A stretch of DNA of 64,000 nt from Lingula anatina (GCA_051362555.1 CM120641.1:21266001-21330000), one strand, 5' to 3'. Shown: positions 13,970-27,858, counted from the first letter of the stretch. Notes: generated by a model not told the origin, from the sequence alone. Translations and numbers: made by a program.

Positions 13970-15349
13970 GAAGTAAATAAATAAATAAATAAGAAATATG
14001 CTCTATTTTGGGGATTACGAGGTTGATTTTCAAATAAACATATAAAGAAAGAGAAAACAAAAGGAAGCTAGTTTGCTTTGTCATCGTAGTCACACGTAAG
14101 TCTCGAGGCGGTGTTGGCTTCACGTTTTTCTTTCGCCCGCGGTTAACAAACGGCTTCTCCTTGGCTATCGGGACATAAGTTGACTGGCAGGAGCCGCGAT
14201 ATCGATTCTGACGGAGTTTTAATTACACACCAATTGCTATCCGTAGACAAAAGACGGACATGGCTATTCTCAGGACGTTAACTTTTACATAATATCCAAA
14301 GCCTTTTTTTTTACTCCATTTTCTGGATCTCACTTCCTAAGTGCTTAAAATTAAACACCCCATTCTACAACAAATTACTTTATTGAAAAGAATATATTCT
14401 TCTCATCTTTACTCTACTACAGGTTTTATTTGCTTACTAAATGAGGCATAAAATCAACGGTAAACACTTTTATTTGATTTGATATTATTTCGATAACGTG
14501 TGGTAAACAACGGCATCAAGAGCCGATACCCCTCCAAATCTAGCACAAGCTCGGTTCACACATAAAAAATCGCCGAATCCTCCTTTCGTGAAGGATTATA
14601 GCGTAACAGTTGCGCAATACTCATAAGGTTTCAAACATTGTTGAAAATTCAGTTGGGAAATGCAGAGAAAGTCCTCGTGCATTTCAAAACTTCGGCCACG
14701 GATCAATAGCAAGACGCCTAGCATTTTACGTGTAATAAATAGAAAACAATCGGCATAAATAATTACTGGCTTTACATTGTTACTGTTTGTCAATGCGCCT
14801 ATTTTGGTTATGCAGAACGCTTTTGGGCCCTCTGAATGAGCTCTCCATGAATCGATGAACCCATTCATTGTAAAGAGGTTAGATCCACGGAACATTTTAT
14901 AGACGGGAAATTGGCGAAGGATAAAAAAGTTGACAAAAACAACATGGGATGCCAGACGAACTGTCTGCCGTCTAGGTCGGGATACACTTTTGGCGACCAG
15001 GCTGGCAGCCCGTCCCGAACCTAATTAGGTATAATACAATAGACACAGGTAATAAGACCCGCCTTCTTGCAACGCACCCTTGTGTTTACGTTGATAGCGA
15101 CGTGCAGTTTATTTGCATTTCCTTTAATTGCTTTGTTAATAAGATATTCTCTTTCCCTTTGAGTAAAAGCACGTAAATTCCTGTAATGCGTGGCCCTATG
15201 GGTGTTGAAAAACAAAAATTTATGAATAAATATAATATATGATAAAAAAGAACACACTCACACACACTGACTTAAAAAAACATGAACGATCCTGTAATCC
15301 CGCCATTTATTTTTATTTTTAAATTAAGGCACCTTCTGAATATGTTTTG

Positions 15350-15452
<103 letters not shown>

Positions 15453-18400
15453 TTTGGACAAAAAAATCAAAAAGATGATGGATTAACACAGGACAAAAAC
15501 CACCGAAACAATAATGTGTTGGTCACAGAATTTGGATCGTGGACAAAATTCAAACTACCTAATTCTATGAATTCCTCATTTTATTTGTTAAATAACCACA
15601 TGGTTATTTCAGCTCGTGTCAGGGATAGGACGATGCGTGCTGGATCAGCTGTACAGGTGTCCGACACTGTGAAAATAGAAGATCTGAACAAAAACCATCG
15701 AGGACGATAAAATCTCGAGCTCAGAATCAACTGCCTGAAAGAAATGCAAGGCATATTGTCTCTGTTCTACCTTGTTTGTTTTATTGTCGTTATTATTTGA
15801 TGGTTATTTCAACACTCAACACGCACTTCGCGTAATATCTTCAGGTGTGAAAGTGGTCTGGGTTTTTGTTCTAATCTGGTTGTTTACTTTTTTTCTTAAT
15901 TAAGTGGCACACACTTTCATGCGCGATATTTATAAAGCACGAGACATATTAGACATGAATAATAAAATAGAAAAGAAGTATACGTGGATGAGAACTTGAA
16001 GGAACAAATGCGGATATCAGAATATAAATTAGTTCTTAACAAATAGTTCATAATAGTGCATTTATGGAATATGACGTTTTGCAAGCACTTTAGTAAAAAT
16101 GCAATGATATTAATGCATACTATAAAGACTGTCTCTTTATGAAAATAATTCAAATTTCCTTAGGGTTTATCCTAATGATATTTCTGTTTCTATGTACTCT
16201 GTGTCTTTTTATAAAGCACTGAATGTATACTGAAGGAAAGAGAGAATAAAGCCACCATGTAAATTTGATCACAACGTATTCCGATTCTGCGTGAAGGACT
16301 TTCGGTGAAGCGAACTAAAGTTCTCTCGCAAGTACAATGAAAATGATGAAAGTTTTATCGTGCTGCCCTGATAATCGATAATTTAGATGAAAAAATATCA
16401 CTGTCCACTTTCTGTGTCGTAAATGTGATATATTCAGCTGTATATGTGTATGTTGTAAAAAGATTTACGTTGCTGGATAATGCATACAGGTGAAAAGGGA
16501 CTACTGTTCTCTCACGTAATTGTGGTATACTTTTTCAGCTGCATGGGGGCACATTCGCCATCAAACTAGTTGCACAACTATATGGACCCAATATATGGGG
16601 ATAAGCACTTTTTGGCTTGTAGGCGGACCCAGCTGAAATGAGCGGACTAAAAACCGGCGTTATCGCAGAAACACAATCTTATTTCTTTTTAACGCCATGT
16701 TTTTATAGATATTTGTGTATTTGCATGATGAGCGGCTGTTGTGCATTCACAGAGCCAGGGCGGTAATGCAAACACGACTGTTTTGCTCGTTTTCAAAAAG
16801 AACAATACATTTGTTTGTTCAGCAAAGTTGTTTTGATGTTAAATATGCTGTAACGGTTTGGCAGGTTGCAAACACAATAAAAGTCACTTGATTGCTTCGT
16901 AAAAGCTTTAAATGAAGGAAGACTTGATTATAACTTGCTTCGAGCTAAGTAACTCGACCATTCCAACCTCATTTCACTTTGGAAAAATGATTGGCCGTCA
17001 TTTAATTTATTTGCAGAAATATTATTTAAGTAAACATATTTGACCCCGTAACTGAAGATTTGGAAGCAGTTTACTAACGTCTATAAATTTGTTGTCCTTC
17101 CTGTTTATTTTCTCAACAAATTAGTCAGAAGGACTTGTAGAAAACTAGGATAAAAAAGTTTATTTGGGGGGAATGAAGGCTATACGATATCTTTCTTTAA
17201 AGCCTGTATGAAATTTCATTCATTAAAATTTTTTTCTATGCCCAAAGATTTACCCTAAAAAGAAAAAAAGGAAAAAGAAACGTCTGTTCAAAAGTGTCGA
17301 TAGAGGAAGTTTTTTATACATTTATTACACAGTGAATCAGTATAGAAATGTCGTTTTCTGTTTCGTTATGAGGGGATAGAGTACAATGCGCATTAAAATA
17401 TGTAGACAGCAAATAGAAAAAGGAAGGTCATCTTTACGATAACAATTTGCGAGAATGCAAATAGCCCCTATATTTCCCTTAAGATGTCAGTTATTTATCT
17501 CGACGCAATGTTTTAATTTTCAGTGAAAAGATCAATCAGGTAAAAGAGAGCTATGATTACCTTGAGACAAGAAGATCCATAAAATATAAAAGCACTATGT
17601 GATATATAAAATTATTTATTTGAATATCCAGTTTGGTATATTAGGCCACATTGTTTTACATGCGCTGCTTATACTGGAGGTGAAATAAATAAATAAACGA
17701 AGATCTTATTTTCTCAATTTCTTTAGAATAAAGCGAAATGATTATCATTTTGTTGTATTCGCATAATTCACTCCACAATGCTTCCATATTACTAGTTAGT
17801 AATTTTGTTTTAATTCCCAAGTTTCTATATGCCTATATGTTCAACTTTTCAATTACATGAAAGTATTGGGTTTTCTGCAATGAGATTGAGACAAGATGGT
17901 GTATGGTTGTGGTAGGTGTGACATGTACTCTCGCCTCCAAGCGTGCACGTCGCAATCAGGAATCGGACAGAGAACCACAATGAGGCATTGGTTGTAAACT
18001 GATAACAGATTAAAATATTTTGTTTTCCATATTATGGTACATGTTCAAAGCCTGTGCTATATGAGTCATAATACACATTCTGCAGTTAAAGCAATAAGCA
18101 CGCTGTTTTTCTAAGAGTCCTGATCGCAAGTAAAAGTATTACTGGTACATTGTATAGGCCTACCAGTAGGCTATATATGCAAGACTTCTTATTCAACCCT
18201 TGATAATGATTTAACGGACATAACATGGGTATCTCCTGCAAATATAATTTTTCAAAATGACACGTTAAAACAAGTAATTTCAAGGTTAAATAATTTATGT
18301 TTTTATTATCAAACATCAAACGTCACATAAACTAAAATTACACATCCCAAGGAAAATCTCATTCTACTAAAATTCCCTAAACAGCATTTCATTAAAATGA

Positions 18401-19201
18401 CTGATAGAGTAATACTGTCTGTCTGTTTTAAGTCTTTTTAAAAATAATTTACTCAAAAGATAATGCAACAAGGAAGACTGGGCTCGTAGGATTTGACCTT
18501 CTACACTATGAGAACAGGCAAAATTGATGAGTTGATCAACAAGCGGCGACCCTCTGTAGGTCGACAGATGGAATTTATTTTAATTTTTTTTTAAACATAT
18601 AAAGATTGAAGAGAACAGAGAACAGAAGCTTAATTTTAGAGTTTTGGAGGGGTGTGTGGAAATGTCAAATCTGAAGCACGGGCGATTTCAAAGCATCAAA
18701 TCAACATCGTGAAGATTTTTCCTGATATGATGTCATTTGTTAATGTCTTTCACTTATCAAACCAGTACCCAAACTTAGAAGCATCTTTTTTCAATTTGAA
18801 AAAAAAAAGATAGGTGCGAAAAATACTGATATCCTCAAAATCAAGGTTAGTCGAGCTCATAAACCAACTTATCAACTACCTGGCTTACAGGAACAATGTT
18901 CAAGCTTTTTCCATTTTATCCAAGGCGTATAAAATGTCCGTCCAACTTTTATTTACCAAATCAGCTGTATTTACCGTATTGCCTCTTGAGGGTCGAAATT
19001 ACGACCCAATATTAAAATATAAATCAAATCATACTCCAGATACTCCACCTTGGGAATGTTAACGACATTGGATGCCCCTTTTTGAATACGCAAATATTTA
19101 GAATATATGTTCATTATCTCCACAACTTAACTTGCCGAATCTCACTAAAAGGAAAAATGTACACTTTCCCAGAAAAAATCAACAACTGAGTAAGTCAATG
19201 A

Positions 19202-19240
<39 letters not shown>
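19202..19240. repeat. (AAT)n microsatellite
   Basis: About 13 AAT units. Confidence 0.9.
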
Positions 19241-19241
<1 letters not shown>

Positions 19242-20059
19242 TCGATTCATCACGACCTATGCGATCATCATGTTTCTCTTCATCGTCCGGGTTGACTTCG
19301 GAAATAACGGTATTAAACAAGCTATTTAAATTACAATAGCAGTAATCAACTTAACCAAACCACTTCAGTACAAGCAGCAGTCCTGGGCTCATTTATAACT
19401 CAAATAGAACCATTTCGTAGCTTATGAACCTTTAGCCCAAATTGACATAAAATGTCCCATTATGTCCATTTGTAACAAGCAGATACTTCAATATTTGATA
19501 GCACATTTCGGTATGAAATGAGCCGTATCGCTGATTCAGTATTTTTAAAACATGTACACCTCACTTTCATAGATAACTTTTGATGAGATACCCACAAAAA
19601 CTGCATTATGCGACCGGTATATACTGCTGGAAGACAAAAAAATCACTGCATTCGAGGATCAGCAACCTTATTTACCCTAGAACAGCATTATGTAATTTTA
19701 TCTATAAGCAATTCTTACTTCCTTACATAAGATTATAATATATAAATACATGTAAAAGATCAAAGTATACCATAGCACCGTAGGGATTTCTGTGTCCACA
19801 TAAATCACAGCTATAGCTATTGATGTTCATTAACCACGGCGATCGCAACCTCAATCAGGATCGCTCGGGCTTTTCCGTCGGGATAAAAAGATACATAAAT
19901 TTGGAAGACAAATGAACATATTCTTTCATTTTTTGTTAAATCATGAGATAAAGATAACTTCAGCCAAAATACGCAATTATACAACCCGCTACAAAAGTAA
20001 TAATTATACAAAAAACATAACTTTGAAGTTGATGAATGCTAAATAAAGTTAAAAAAATA

Positions 20060-21163
20060 CTAATTCCCCTCAACTAGTTCCAACTTATAGGGTTTACTTA
20101 TAGCATAGGAAGGTTCGTCCACGATAACTACTTGGAGAGTTTCCTGTCCCAGTTTCAGCGTTTCTTTAACACCTATACCAAAGTCAACGCTTGTGCGGTG
20201 AACAAATGGAATTAAATCGCTCAAATCTTCGCATGGAATCACCCTCATGCGAGCGCTGGTTCCCACCTCTTTCTTGTGACTGTAGAAATACGTTTGGCAC
20301 TTGCTACTTTTGTACGTTTTCCTAAGTACGGCGTATGAATCATAGGGCGCGTTTGCGTATACGTTACCAAAAGGTCGTCGGTGTAAGGGAAAGACGTTAG
20401 ATTTCTTGTATATATAGTTACGAAATTCATACGAACTATCCCAAATATGGGTCTGATTCTCCTTGTAAAAATGAAGATCTAGATACGGCCACCGCCAGCT
20501 ATATTTAGTGGTGAAGTTCGAGTTCTTTGAAAAAAATTTCAAACGGGGACCAGCTTTATTGACGTAATATTCTGGAGCGAATTGGGACAGAGCTTTAAAT
20601 AATATTGCCTTCTCTTGAATATTGAACAGAAGATCCACGTCATCATCCCAAGGAATAAGATCATGATGCCTATAGGAACCCAGGAGACTACCGCCATACA
20701 GAAGATATGTGATATTATGTTTTGAGCAAGCCCGGTCTAGAACTGCTAACATTTCCATGAGCAATTCTTTTTCCGACTGCGACACTTGCTGTTGAAAGTA
20801 AAACAACGGATTACTCTTATCGTAAGACTCCCTAACATATCTCCTCAAAACGAGTTTTGGCATTGATTCTGATAATGATGAAGATGCATTGATTTTACCA
20901 TTGGCACGAGAGAATCTGTTCCCATTGAAAGAAGCCATGTGCAGAGATTTCACCAGCTTTAATATATCATTACTTTTGTGCTCTAATGCGCTCCGGCTCT
21001 CTTGGTGCAATTCCAAGGCTGTTTCCAAGGCTCTAATTCGGGCCATTATTCCCTCTTGCCCTACACGCAATGTCATAATAAATAACGCCACGGACCCAAA
21101 CAATAATAATAGAAAAAAGGCCGTCATGTATCCGTTGCCAGGGTTACGGAACATCTTTCTCAT
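20060..21163 (-). CDS. LicD/fukutin-FKRP family phosphotransferase, type II membrane protein, single coding exon, 367 aa
   Basis: N-terminal signal anchor (YMTAFFLLLLFGSVALFIMTL), helical stem, then the LicD nucleotidyltransferase-fold signature YLLYGGSLLGSYRHHDLIPWDDDVDL and a downstream WPYLDL motif. A splice acceptor (T10CTAATTTCAG) at 21201 indicates a 5' UTR intron, with a candidate GTGAGT donor at 21349. Confidence 0.88.
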   Translation of the reverse strand: MRKMFRNPGNGYMTAFFLLLLFGSVALFIMTLRVGQEGIMARIRALETALELHQESRSALEHKSNDILKLVKSLHMASFNGNRFSRANGKINASSSLSESMPKLVLRRYVRESYDKSNPLFYFQQQVSQSEKELLMEMLAVLDRACSKHNITYLLYGGSLLGSYRHHDLIPWDDDVDLLFNIQEKAILFKALSQFAPEYYVNKAGPRLKFFSKNSNFTTKYSWRWPYLDLHFYKENQTHIWDSSYEFRNYIYKKSNVFPLHRRPFGNVYANAPYDSYAVLRKTYKSSKCQTYFYSHKKEVGTSARMRVIPCEDLSDLIPFVHRTSVDFGIGVKETLKLGQETLQVVIVDEPSYAISKPYKLELVEGN

Positions 21164-21811
21164 TTTTTCCTTTATCGGGTCATTGGCACGGTGGGCTCAG
21201 CTGAAATTAGAAAAAAAAAACATATACCATGGGTTGAAAAAACAAAATGTAAGTACGCTCGTGTTGTAAAACCATGCCACTAATTCAGGTGCCTCGTATT
21301 TGTTGTGCTAAATTCGGGAGGCTATGACATTTTGTCTAATTCTACTCACGAACATTTCGAACCTGTCTAAATCCATCATCCTTATCGATGACCGCTGATC
21401 TTGGCCCAGTAGCAAAAGAAAACTGCGAGACGAATGGAGGCCACGACCGTAATGGGTCACGTGCCTCCCCACTCCCCTAGGCTTCGGAGGTACACGTACG
21501 CTGTACCCACTTTTGTCTTCCCTCCCTCACTCCCTCTCCCCCACTTAAATACAGTGTGAGAAACCTTACGTAAAATAATAAATAAATAAATAAGATAAAA
21601 TAAAAAAGATAGCTTTCGTCCATCGTTTACTATTTAATATTTTATCAACTGTTCGATCTTTGTCCCCGCTCAGGCAGTGCGACACTGAAACTTTCTGAAT
21701 GTTGCATTTTGAACGCCATGCATAATCGTGACCTCTTCTTAATGAAAATCACATGAAATGTCACCTATGGTGTTATTATGATGTTAAATTATATTTCAAC
21801 AGGTGGCTCCA

Positions 21812-21815
21812 AAAA

Positions 21816-21853
<38 letters not shown>
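21812..21853. repeat. (AAAT)n microsatellite
   Basis: About 10 AAAT units. Confidence 0.9.
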
Positions 21854-21855
<2 letters not shown>

Positions 21856-21919
21856 ATGGTGCAAAATTTTTACGTATTACCAGCTTGAAATGAAGAATGG
21901 GAGAAAGATTTGTGAATAA

Positions 21920-22171
21920 GGCTTCGTTCACATGCAATGTCTATTTTCTATTTTCTATTTTCGGTATGTCTTATGATCACGGTCTGTGCACTGAATATCC
22001 CGCGGCGTAATTACTGGCAGCGCGAGCCAGTTACTATAAGTTACTATAAGTAACTGGCTCGCGCTGCCAGTAATTACGCGGCGGGATATTCAGTGCACAG
22101 ACCGTGATCATAAGACATACCGAAAATAGAAAATAGAAAATAGAAAATAGACATTGCATGTGAACGAAGCC
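21920..22171. mobile_element. Fully palindromic MITE, PIF/Harbinger (Tourist)-like
   Basis: Arms of about 115 bp are near-perfect inverted copies (GGCTTCGTTCACATGCAATG...CATTGCATGTGAACGAAGCC). The element is flanked by a TAA target duplication (21917-21919, 22172-22174). Confidence 0.85.
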
Positions 22172-24807
22172 TAAGAGCCAATGGTTCTCAATGGAGGTCA
22201 TGATGACATTTTTACCAAACATAAACAGTATAATGGTAAATATCGATGAATAATCAAAGTTACATTTTTTACACACAATTACCTAGCTATCTAGCTGAAC
22301 AGATGTATGCAAAGCGTTAATTCATAACTGTCCCTTGTCTTAATATTCTCCGTGAATCATCATACAGACAGATGCGTTAATGATATTGTATTCAAAATCA
22401 ATATAGTTAGATTCCCAGGCTATGCGTTTGGTCGTGGGTGTGTGCGAGTGTATGTCTGCCCGTGTGCTCGCCTGTATATAATAAATATACATATAATGTA
22501 CATATAAAACAACTACTAGTAAATACACATACCTATATTTGTGTTACCCGAATGACTTCTACAGCGCCTTATAACCTCCGTTCCATGTGGTATTCATCCT
22601 AGGTGTGCATGAATATATGCAGGCTAATGCACCTTTTTTAATATAACGCTGCCTGACAGACCCCCTCTCTGCAGAAATTTCGGCCGCAGATCTCAAAAAT
22701 AAACTCTGAGCATGCTGTTCTATGCTCTCTGCCCATTCCGCATCTGAAACATGTCAGCATATGGACCATTACTGCTCTGAGCATAATCCTCTGAAATCAG
22801 ATTGACCTACGGATGTATGTAGTAATTGAATACACCTAATTTGCCTCTACATTCTGTTTTTGTAGACTCAACTTAATACAAACCGGCATGTATAACGATA
22901 ACAAAACCGAAATCTGTGCTTTATATGACTGAAAAATCGTGAGACTTCAAATTTCATAGTTTTTTAAACTACTGGGCCAGGTACTTGGCTAGGTGCGCAG
23001 AGGCAATGCTTGCAGTCGATTTAGTTGAAAATTTTAGCTGGTCTATGTAGAATATAAGGGCCAAAGGCATTTATTTCATGTTGAAATGAATGCCTTTGAA
23101 CCTTACATTATCCATAGACCCACTCTTATCTGTAGAGTCTTGCAAATTCCTACAACCACATAATATATACACATAGCAAAATGTAAGTATATTTTTGAAT
23201 AGACCGTATAATATCGGTATGTAATAAGTACTTACATGCCCAGTCGTATAACCTTCTTTGACCCCTGCCAGACGTCTCTGGTACACGCGAGCCCAGTTCA
23301 AACACAGAGCGTTTCTGTAGAGGTCAACATATTTTCGGTGACTATGCACATACAATGTAAATAAGAGAGATCTAGAGAGATGCGTCTCGGGATCCCTAGC
23401 GAAAAGTACGAATAGTGCCAATCAATACTTGCTCTTGGTAAAAGATGACCCAGATATTCAGCAATCCATTGGAAAGCAATTGTGATCGTGTGTTAGGAGA
23501 ACGCCAAGCAAAGAGATCTCTATATAATGTCGTAATTCAACCCACCTACGCTGTTCAAGTACTTCCGTGAACAAAAAAGCAGATCAGATGTCACGTTTAA
23601 CTTCCGCCAGTCTGGATCTGCGTGTACTCTGTGTACTGCATAATCAAGTGTGGGGTTGTGCTTAGTGTAGTGTAGTATAGGTGGCGTGCATTTGATTTGA
23701 TTTTGATGAAATACGACAAGCCTTTGGGGATTGGTTTGTGGACGTGGGACCTCGAACCGCGTGCTACTGACGCGTGAATGCACAGTTTAGGTGCCGCGGT
23801 ACACTGCAAATTCACTGCCGTAAACAAAGTCCCAATCTGAACAGAAGATAGTTATCAGAGTTCTTGGTTGAAAGAATCGGTTTATGTATTGTGATATCGA
23901 TTGGAATGATCTCTATGACATCAGAATAGTAAGAAATAATGCGCCAGATGGGTTTTAAACTGAGGTTTCACCACTCGTCGTTAACTACTCTCGTCTTTAA
24001 TACGTGGACAATTTAATTGTTCACATCACCGGTATTAACGCCGATGCCATTAATTGGACGGCGATACCATTAACTGCAATATTGCCTTTGTGTCCATTAG
24101 CATTAGAAAATGCAGAATGTCTTACAGACAGTGTACAGAACCCGTTCATTGATTTTGATGTCTCGGGAGAGCGGTATCCTGAATTTTAGAGCCCTCTCGA
24201 TGATGACAAGTGCTTGGGTCATCTTGAATGGCCTATCACTCAGGGAAGTACTTTTGTCACTATTTGAATGGGCTTCTTTTACAACATGGCGTTATGCTAC
24301 TGAAACATTTCTTTACAGATCTAATGTTTTACAACATATATTAACTGTCATTTATATATTAAAGTTCGTAAATACATGCCCAGTCGTATAACGATCAACC
24401 CGAAATGACGTGCTAAATGGCAGCGATGATTTGCCAAAATTACTTTAATATATATTTGTCATTAATTTGGAAACCGTGGATAGTCACCATATTTGCTCAT
24501 AATCAAAACTACTAGTAGGTATGGTCTGATGTTTAGATCCTGAAAAGCTTCTACATGCTAGTAATGCTCAAGTACGACAGTACTCTAATAAGAAGAAACT
24601 CTGTATCAGAAACTTTCAGGAATATCATTCTCTGTTACTGTATCAGCTGTACACAGCTACGTGCATACATATTTGCACTAGTTAGTGCATACGTATTATA
24701 AGTGGCCTATGTTGAGTGCGATTTGGTCTCCGCACGTAAGTTAACTCTGCCTTTCAAACAAGGCATTTTTCCTGAGACAAAAATTTTCACTTTTTGCCAA
24801 CACAAAC

Positions 24808-25084
24808 AGGCCCCGGTGATCATGTGCAGTTCACGTGTCTTTTCACAAAAGAGCTAAAGTCTAAAAACTGATCTAAACTTTTAGACCAAACTTTTTGTCC
24901 ACTTTGACACAAAATAAATTGCTATTCCATTTAAAATGAAATAGGCCTACTGCACCTGTCTGATAACAAAAAGGTCAGGTCTAATGTTTCAGACCAATAC
25001 TTAAAGCGGACTGCTGAATTTAGTAGATCAAATTTTGGGTCTTAGACCTATTTTGGGTGAAAAACGGTTTTATGAACCCAGTCC
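24808..25084. mobile_element. Degenerate non-autonomous DNA transposon (imperfect terminal inverted repeats)
   Basis: The left end GGCCCCGGT...TTTTCAC.AAAA...CTGATCTA loosely mirrors the right end TAGATCAAA...TTTTGGGTGAAAA...GAACCCAGTCC. No clear TSD. Confidence 0.35.
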
Positions 25085-27435
25085 AAGCAGCGATTAGACC
25101 ATGCTCACCTATTACATGCTGCATAAGTTTTCTGAATGTAGAGATATAAAGACCATATGATAAAAAACAATGCTATGTTAGTTGTGGATCTCATCGGCTG
25201 ATTTATTACACTTGTCATACAACTGAGACATAAACGCTTATCGGTAATTATCACCAGGCCTTTAGCCAGCAATTGCAATTTTTATGATATGGACCTTTGA
25301 ACCCTTTCAGCTGACCCAACCTTAAGTTTAACAAAAAAATAATTTGATCTGGGAAACTTGTTCTCTCTTACCACAGGGTGCGCTAGTATAAGATTAACCG
25401 CCAAATATATTGATCTCAGTAAATTAAAGCTTGAAATGAATTGTTTAGAACTGAAATTCATTGTCAAAAGAAGTCAATGAAATTTCTTCAGAATATTTAA
25501 TGGGAAAAATATAAGGCAGTTTGCTACATATTTTTTTGTTAAAATTTTTGATTCAAGACAAAAAACAATTGTGCTTATCAAGTGTTTTATAAGCCCAAAA
25601 GCTGTTTTTTTTTAAATTTTTTCTCACATGGCACTTATATAAACGAATAAAAGAAAATAAAAAATGATTAACCCACAACAAGACATTGTCGTCCTTTTCG
25701 TGTCATTTTCAAGTAAAGGGTATATTATGTTTTTCATTCTCTGCATTTTTTTGGCACGATTGCATGGACTGGGTGCCACTGCAATGCAGTGCAATGTTAC
25801 TTTGTGTCTCACCTACAGCAATGTACAACGGGATTATCTCGGGCAATCAACACTTTTCATTTATATATCTTTTGCCATATTGATATAGTAAGCATTTTCT
25901 CTCCCTAACCCCAGTCAAAAAAAAAAAAAAAAACTTGTTGTCGGTGGGGTGGGGTTATAAAAGGTGTGATAGCACATAAAAAGCTACCAGATTGAGAATG
26001 CTTTCACACATATTTGGACACTAAAGACATACTGAACGCCTTACTAAAAATCACTTTTTTTGATACCAATGGCCGAAAATCAGGGGTCTGGCCTACTAGG
26101 AAAGTTTTTTTAAAAGAAAGGAAACATCAACGATTTTCAGATTTGGTGAAAATTAATCATACTATTATTTCGAGAACCTCACTCTCATCACCTCAAATTT
26201 AAATTTAAGTTTTAGACTTTACTAAAATATGCTTGCCGCCTTGGTTATTAAAATCCCTAGATCACGATCAACCCGAAATAGATACGAACGAAACATGATG
26301 AGCAGAGCCTTGCACGGAAATTTAGCACGTGAGCGTCTTGCATTGTCTCACATTTTCATGTTTTTACACATGTGCATTTCACTATTATGTACTTATGCGT
26401 GAAAAGTCCCGTTGTTATTCTATTATTGACTTTGAAAAATCGATGAATGAAAAAAATCATTCTTTAGCAAAAACCGAGCTTTTGTCATATAAATTGTAGA
26501 GACATTTAAATTTAAATTAAAAGATGTTTTTATAAAAATATTGCAACTTTGATTGTTTAATTAGAGACATTTTGATCCTCACATATTTATCAAGCTATAT
26601 ACATGTATCATACCCAATTTAAATCTAATACTTTTCATTTCTACCCGTCTACCTAATGTTAGAGTTTGTACAGGGAGTTAGTGGGTTAGCAAGGAGGAAA
26701 AAAGAAGAGAGAAAGGAAATATGTCGCTGCTTTCGAGAGGGACAATTTCATAATATCAGTAAAATCAAAGGTTCACACTTTATCAATAACTACCACAGGG
26801 ATAGATCAGAAAGCAGTCAACGATGCGTTCCTACTTTTGCATAATGTATACCCGGTCTTGAACGCGGCGATTGTAAATTATACAGAACTTAGAATGAAAG
26901 TTTAAGGTTGAAATGAGGTTTTCGATGAAAAGTCACTTCTTTTCATTCAATTAAACTGTCATTATTAATGACTGCTTATTGTACATGATTATGTAAGCTT
27001 TTACAGTGTAGTTACATTGGAATTGATGTGAGATAGTTTTGGAATTTTTGTTGGGGCAGTGTGGCAGTCGTTGAAAACCCACAATACAGGTTGTAGGTAA
27101 TTTGTACTGCCTGTCAAGTGGTTCCCATCTTGAAATCTAGACGCTGGCTAAAAGAAAAGGAAAATGAAGATAAATGAAAACAAACAAACAAACAAACACC
27201 TCTGCAATTTTTTATTCAACTTACATATAGATACACAAGTATATAAGGGACATTTTAATGACCATTGTACATTCATTGTGCATTTTTTGTTTTGAAAATC
27301 CAAAATGTATCTTATAGCAGATGTAACTGACAGCTACGATTCCCTTTCCCTGCTGCCAATGAAGAAAACACGCTTCCTACTTGCCACATACATAGCATAC
27401 AGACGATATTGCAGTAGTTGAGATGTAACACCCCA

Positions 27436-27636
27436 TTCTCATAGATTAGATCGACCTACATTGGATCGACCTAACTCCCTGGGGGTTCACGCTAAATAGC
27501 TGTCAGCCGGGCGGACACGAAAGTTAATTACCCCTTAAAGCTTGTAGTAGGCGGGGACGGACACTTAAGGGGGATAATCTGACAGTAATCTAGTGAGACT
27601 CCCCGCGGTGATAGATCGATCTAAAAGTTGTGAGAA
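27436..27636. mobile_element. Hairpin MITE-like element, same family as 41017-41188
   Basis: Imperfect inverted arms of about 70 bp (TTCTCA..AGATCGACC...CTGTCAG / CTGACAG...GATCGATCT..TGAGAA). It shares AGTTAATTACCCC and TAGTGAGA..CCCC..GG.GAT with the copy in the P450 intron. Confidence 0.6.
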
Positions 27637-27667
27637 CAGAGCCTATGATGCAATAACGTTTATTTAT

Positions 27668-27858
27668 GGTGTCATTCAGAAAAGTGGATTAACTAATCCG
27701 TGGATCAAATATTGCCGACCCACTTGAATGCTTGTTACGTAATCCACGCTGGGAATCTTTTCAGTGTCTATTAGTGGATTAGACGACAAGCTTTTTAGTG
27801 TGTCGCCATATTTGAGCCGTGGACTACATGTAGTTAATCCGCTGTTCTGAATGGGATC
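27668..27858. mobile_element. Palindromic MITE-like element
   Basis: Inverted arms of about 80 bp (CATTCAGAAAAGTGGATTAACTA...TAATCCAC / GTGGATTAG...TAGTTAATCCGCTGTTCTGAATG). The TSD is not recognisable. Confidence 0.65.

Noticed and set aside
20889-21269. 126-aa ORF on +
   Set aside because: Antisense to the LicD CDS, with no independent coding signal.
23740-23830. B-box-like GGTTCGAGGTCC on -, suggesting a tRNA or SINE
   Set aside because: I could not build an A-box or a cloverleaf around it.
24004-24391. Short ORFs inside the segment bounded by the 20-bp direct repeat
   Set aside because: No recognisable domain, frequent stops and no consistent splice structure.
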